From: the human T2T-CHM13v2.0 reference genome, Homo sapiens
Direction: 5' to 3' (one strand)
NCBI RefSeq assembly: GCF_009914755.1
Contig: NC_060948.1
Length of the DNA stretch: 64,000 nt
Position 1 is the first letter of the stretch. Every line of letters starts with the position of its first letter. Positions 58,899 to 64,000 of the stretch are shown here, in pieces. A model generated the notes under the pieces. It saw only the letters and a program-made list of their open reading frames with translations, did not search any database and had not been told where the DNA came from. The position numbers and the translations under genes were made by a program.

Positions 58899-59346
58899 AC
58901 ATTTTTCCCCTCTTACAATGACAGTATCATGTTGCATCAGGGGCCAACTCCGCTTCATTCTGACCAAATCTTTACGAATTGCATCTGCAAAGGCTCTATT
59001 TCCAAACGAGGTCACACTTGAGCTTCTGAGCAGACGTGAATTTGAGGGGTACATGTTTCAACCCCATTCACATCAACGTCTTTTTCTTCTTTAGCAATCA
59101 GTGAAGATAATAAGGTCATTTTTATTCTGAGAGGAAATGTGAGTTCGTCTCGTCTCAGAGGATTGCTCAGAGTCCAGTTGAGCATGGCTGGGGTGCTAGG
59201 CTGTGCCGTTCTTGCTCTAAGCCCGAGGGATAACTAATTTCCATTATTTTGTTCTTGCCGCCTCATAATTTGTCTACATGGGGGTGAGGAGAGTGAATGT
59301 CCTGTTACAGGAAGCTGTTGCGGGTGGACTATTTAAAGGGATTTCA

Positions 59347-60643
59347 GGCCAGGTGCGGCAGCTTATGCCTGTCATCCCACCACTTTGGGAGGCCGAGGAG
59401 GGTGGATCACAAGGTCAGGAGTTCGAGACCAGCCTGGCCGATATGGTGAAACTCCATCTCTACTAAAAATACAAAAATTAGCCGGGTGTGCTGTCGGGCG
59501 CCTGTAATCCCAGCTACTCAGGAGGCTGAGGCAGGAGAATCTCTTAGAACCCGGGAGGCGGAGGTTGCAGTGAGCCAGATTGGGCCACTGCACTCCAGCC
59601 TGGGTGACAAGAGGGAGACTCCATCTCAAAAAAAATCATAAAATAAAAAATTAATTAATTAAAAAGGCTAGGTGCAGTGGCTCATGCCTGTAATCCCAGC
59701 ACTTTGGGAGGCCGAGGTGGGCAGATCACCTGAGGTTGGGGGTTTGAGACCATCCTGGCCAACATGGTGAAACCCCATCTCTAGTAAAATACAAAAATTA
59801 GCTGGGTGTGGTGTCGGGTGCTTGTAATCTCAGCTACTCAGGAGGCTGAGGCAGAATCTTAGAATCCAGGAGGTGGAGGTTGCAGTGAGCCGAGATCAAG
59901 CCATTGCACTCCAGCCTGGGCGACAAGAGGGAGACTCTGTCTCAAAAAAATACATAATATAATAAAAATAAATAAATAATAAAATAGGCCAGGCACGGTG
60001 GTTCACGCCTGTAGTCCCAGCACTTTGGGAGGCCAAGGCGGGTGGATCACCTGATGTCAGGTGTTCGAGACCAGCCTGGCCAACATGGTGAAACCCCATC
60101 TCTACGAAAAATACAAAAATTAGGTGGGTGTGGTGTCGGGCGCCTGTACTCCCAGCTTCTCAGCAAGGTGAGGCAGGAGAATCTCTGAGAATCCGGGAGG
60201 TGGAGGTTGCAGTGAACTGAGATTGGGCCACTGCACTCCAGCCTGGGCGACAAGAGGGAGACTCTGTCTCAAAAAATATATATATATAAAATAAATAATT
60301 AATAAAATAGGTCAGGTGCACTAGCTCATGCCTGTCATCCCAGCACTTTGGGAGGCCAAGGCAGGTGGATCACCTGATGTCAGGACTTCGAGACCAGCCT
60401 GGCCAACATGGTGAAACCTCGTCTCTACTAAAAATACAAAAATTAGCCGGGTGTGGTGTCGGGCGCCTGTAATCCCAGCTTCTCAGGAGGCTGAGGCAGG
60501 AGAATCTCTTAGAACCCCGGAGGCAGAGGTTGCAGTGAGCTGAGATTGCACCACTACACTCCAGCCTGGGCGACAAGAGGGGGACTCCATCTAAAAAAAA
60601 AAATGATAAAAAATAAATAATATAAAAAGTAAAATAAATAAAA
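59347..60643 (+). mobile_element. Array of four tandem Alus (starting 59347, 59666, 59987, 60310)
   Basis: Shared private bases; one flanking TSD aaagg(g)atttca. Confidence 0.95.
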
Positions 60644-60949
60644 GGATTTCAGAGGCATCTAACCAAGTAAGGACCCGGCCAAGCATGTATGTTGAAGACA
60701 AGCTGAGAAGGCTTTATAGCAATTAACAAAAAAAAACAGCTGGTAACAACAGCCAGTCTGGGGGTGTAAAAATGGAACTACCATTGGTAACAGGACCTTC
60801 CGTTCCTTCTAATGACCTCTTTGAAGGTACGAGTGATTTACACTCCATCATAACCCTCTTGGCCCCTGGGGCCTCGTCTCAGCATCCGTTCCGTAGGCAG
60901 GAGGCACGGTTCTCGGTGTTTCCGGAGACCAACCCTGTTTTGTTTCTTT

Positions 60950-61530
60950 GGTAAAGCATAGAGCGTGGTGCTATTGACGTCGGGAGAATACCACGGCTTT
61001 GAAAACATTATTCTCAGTGAACGGAAGCCTGTCGCTGAAGACCACGTATCCTGTGATTTCATTCAGATGAAAGGTTCAGAATAGACCAGTCCAGACACAA
61101 AGCAGATTAGTGGTTTCACAGGGGCTGGGGTGGGGGTGGGAAGGGAGTGGGGTCATGGGGAAAGAGTGTGGGGTTTCTTTGTCTTCTGCAAGGGATGAAA
61201 ATATTGTAATCTACCCACAGTCATGCTTCTCTGCATCTGTGAATATCCTAAAAGCCACTCAATGGTAAATTGAATTGTCCATGACCAGAGGGGCCGGTGC
61301 ACGTGACAGGCAGAGGTAGGAGACCCCATCCTAGCATCCACTGTTGACATTCTAAAAGTGACTGTCGGCCAGGCATGGTGGCTCACGCCTGTCATCCCAG
61401 CATTTTGGGAGGCCGAGGTGGGTGGATCACCTGAGGTCGGGAGTTCGAGACCAGCCTGGCCAACATGCTGAAACCTTGTCTCTACTTGAAAAATGAGTGA
61501 ATTGTGTGGGATGTGAATTATATCTGAATA
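60950..61530 (+). mobile_element. Old L1M 3' fragment, with an Alu left arm at 61367-61490
   Basis: ttgaaaacattattctcagtgaa...gcagattagtggtt...gtgaattatatct. Confidence 0.7.
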
Positions 61531-61619
61531 GAACAATCTTTTTTCTTTTTCTTTTGGCCGATTTTCTTTTTCTTTTGGTTTCTTTTGATCTGATGGTTTT
61601 ACAAATGGGAGTTCCCCTG

Positions 61620-62083
61620 ATAATGTCTCACTCTGTCACCCAGGCTCAAGTGCAGTGGCACGATCATAGCTCACTGCAGCCTCGATCTCCTGGGCTCAGG
61701 TAACCCTCCCACCTCAGTGTCAGCATAGCTGGGACCGCAGGTGTGCACCACCATGCCCAGTTAATTTATTTTTTCTAATCTGTAGAGACTTAAAAAAAAT
61801 ATATATATATATATATATGGAGGCCGATGCGGGTAGATCACCTGAGGTCAGGAGTTCGAGACCAGCCTGACCAGCATGGCGAAACCCCATCTATAGTAAA
61901 AGTACAAAATTACCTGGGCGTGGTGACTCCTGCCTGTAATCCCAGCTACTCAAGAGGCTGAGGCAGGAGAATTGCTTGAAGCTGCTAGGCGGAGGTTGCA
62001 GTGAGTGGAGACCTCACCACTGCACTCCAGTTTGGGTGACAGAGCAAGACTCCATCTCAAAAATAAAATAAAATAAAATAAAA
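61620..62083. mobile_element. AluJ right arm (-, 61620-61790) and 5'-truncated AluS (+, 61819-62083), head-to-head
   Basis: Alu consensus matches, separated by (AT)n. Confidence 0.85.
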
Positions 62084-62486
62084 GTGCATATAAAAGGTAT
62101 GTTTATAACCATATTGTAGCCTATTAAACGTGCAATAGCATTATGTCTTAAAAATATGCATGCTTTAATTTAAATCTACTTTTTTCTTAATTATAGTTTA
62201 AGTTCTAGGGTACATGCGCACAACGTGCATGTTTGTTACATATGTATACATGTGCCATGTTGGTGTGCTGCACCCATGAACTCATCATTTACATTAGGTA
62301 TATCTCCTAATGCTATCCCTCCCCCCTCCCCCTACCCCAATTTCAAATCTATTTTATTGCTAAAAAAGCTAATAGATTTTCTCCATGGGTGGGGTTACGA
62401 CATTCCTGCAATTTGTAAACAACAACAACAAATAGTGTCTGACGGTGCCATAAAGCAAACTGCAATCAAATGAGGCATGCCTGTAT
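62084..62486 (+). mobile_element. Tigger2/MER28-like fragment interrupted by an L1PA 3' end (-, 62180-62340)
   Basis: gtgcaatagcattatgtct...ttattgctaaaaaa...gaggcatgcctgta; L1 TSD aattt(a/c)aa(a)tcta. Confidence 0.72.
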
Positions 62487-62584
62487 AGACACACTTTGGC
62501 ATCCATTCAATTCTTTATCTAACCAGAATATATATGTAATTTTCATTATTTATTTATTTTAATTTTTAATTTTTTTATTCTTTG

Positions 62585-62901
62585 ATATTTTATTTTATTT
62601 TATTTTATTTTATTTTATTTTGAGACAGAGTCTCGCTCTGTCTCCCAGGCTGGAGTGCAATGACCCTATTTTGGCTCACTGCAAACTCCACCTCTGGGGT
62701 TCAAGTGATTCTCCAGCCTCAGCCTCCTGAGTAGCTGGGATTACAGGCATTCACCACCAGGCCTGGCTAACTTTGTATATTTAGTAGAGACGGGGTTTCG
62801 TCATGTTGGCCAGGCTAGTCTCGAACTCCTGGCCGAGGTGATCCGCTCGCTTCAGCCTCCCAAAGTGCTGGGATGACACGTGTGAGCCACCGTGCCTGGC
62901 C
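62585..62901 (-). mobile_element. AluS
   Basis: (TTTTA)n tail then dimer. Confidence 0.93.
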
Positions 62902-63389
62902 CAAATCTTTCAAGCCGGCTGTCAGCAGGCATCCGTGTCAGGTCCACCTGTCCGTCCAGCTCCAAGCTGATTGTCAGCCACTGCACAGGCTGAAAAAAAT
63001 GGACTTTAATATCTGTGAAAACCTCGTTGGCTCAAAGGAAACTGTAGCAAATTCTTTTTTTTTATTTTTGTTTTTTAACTCAAAGAGTGGAGTTTGCATT
63101 GACCTTGTGATGGCACGCTGCTCTTTTGTTTTGGTGTAAATCCTCTAGTGGGCACTTTGCAAAAGCAATTTTAGAGCAAAGGTGGTGGCATGGAGTTGTG
63201 TGAGGTTGCTGAAAAGTAGCAAATGGAAGAAAGGTTAATGGAGCTGGATTTCTACAAAGGACGTCCTTTGAGGAGATCCACAGCAGCAACAATCACAGAG
63301 CAGCTTGCGTTTCCTATTCTGGGGACTTGGAGCACTTGATTGTAAGGAAGAAAGTGTGAGTGGGCACAAGGCTGGTGGTCACAATAAAA

Positions 63390-64000
63390 AGAACAACAGT
63401 AATAATATGATACTACCACTGCATGAGAGCAGTAATAACAACAACAGTAATACAATACCACCGCCGTGTGAGAGCAGTAATAACTACAACAGTAATACGA
63501 TACCACCGCTGCATGAGAGCAGTCATAATCACAACAGTAATATGATACTACCGCCGCATGAGAGCAACAACAGTAATATGATACTACTGCCGCATGAGAG
63601 CAGTAATAACAACAGTAATATGATACTACCACTACATGAGAGCAGTCATAATCACAACAGTAACATGACACCACCGCCGCATCAGAGCAGTAATAACAAC
63701 AACAGTAATATGATACTACCGCCGCATGAGAGCAGTAATAACAACACTAATATGATACTACCACTACATGAGAGCAGTCATAATCACAACAGTAACATGA
63801 CACCACCGCCGCATGAGCAGTAATAACAACAACAGTAATATGATACTACCGCCGCATGAGAGCAGTAATCACAACAGTAATATGATACTACCGCTGCATG
63901 AGAGCAGTAATAACAGTAATATGATACTACCGCCGCATGAGAGCAGTAATAACAGTAATATGATACTACCGCCGCATGAGAGCAGTAATAACAACAGTAA
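63390..64000. repeat. VNTR, about 39-48-bp unit, runs off the window end
   Basis: aacagtaatatgatactaccgccgcatgagagcagtaat, about 14 copies. Confidence 0.96.

Noticed and set aside
63142-63155. CTCF-like motif cctctagtgggcac (also ccactaggaggtg at about 31913)
   Set aside because: About two mismatches to the core consensus; expected by chance in 64 kb without ChIP support.
63305-63823. 172-aa Asn/Ser/Pro-rich ORF
   Set aside because: VNTR-derived with a non-ATG start; the frame breaks within the array.

Overview
Primate (human-like) non-coding genomic DNA, with no credible protein-coding exon, RNA gene or CRISPR array. It is dominated by about 60 Alu elements or fragments, L1 remnants, MaLR/ERVL/ERV1 LTRs, DNA-transposon relics (MER1A, MER2, MER5A, Tigger2) and long TATC/GATA and (TA/TG)n simple-sequence tracts. 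The supplied ORFs are almost all Alu-, microsatellite- or VNTR-derived artefacts. The mix of MLT1-derived duplicated blocks, kb-long TATC tracts and many minisatellites resembles Xp22.33/PAR1-type subtelomeric sequence; this is an unverified inference. The notable signal is architectural: a high density of local copying events. These include six minisatellites (at least two born inside transposon sequence), an Alu with six left arms inside one TSD, a four-Alu array inside one TSD, an Alu-Alu recombination duplication with a chimeric Alu, a twin-primed L1, and several local inverted or templated duplications. I see no evidence for a novel gene system. All repeat family names come from recalled consensus sequences, and boundaries are approximate (about +/-10-30 bp for old repeats).
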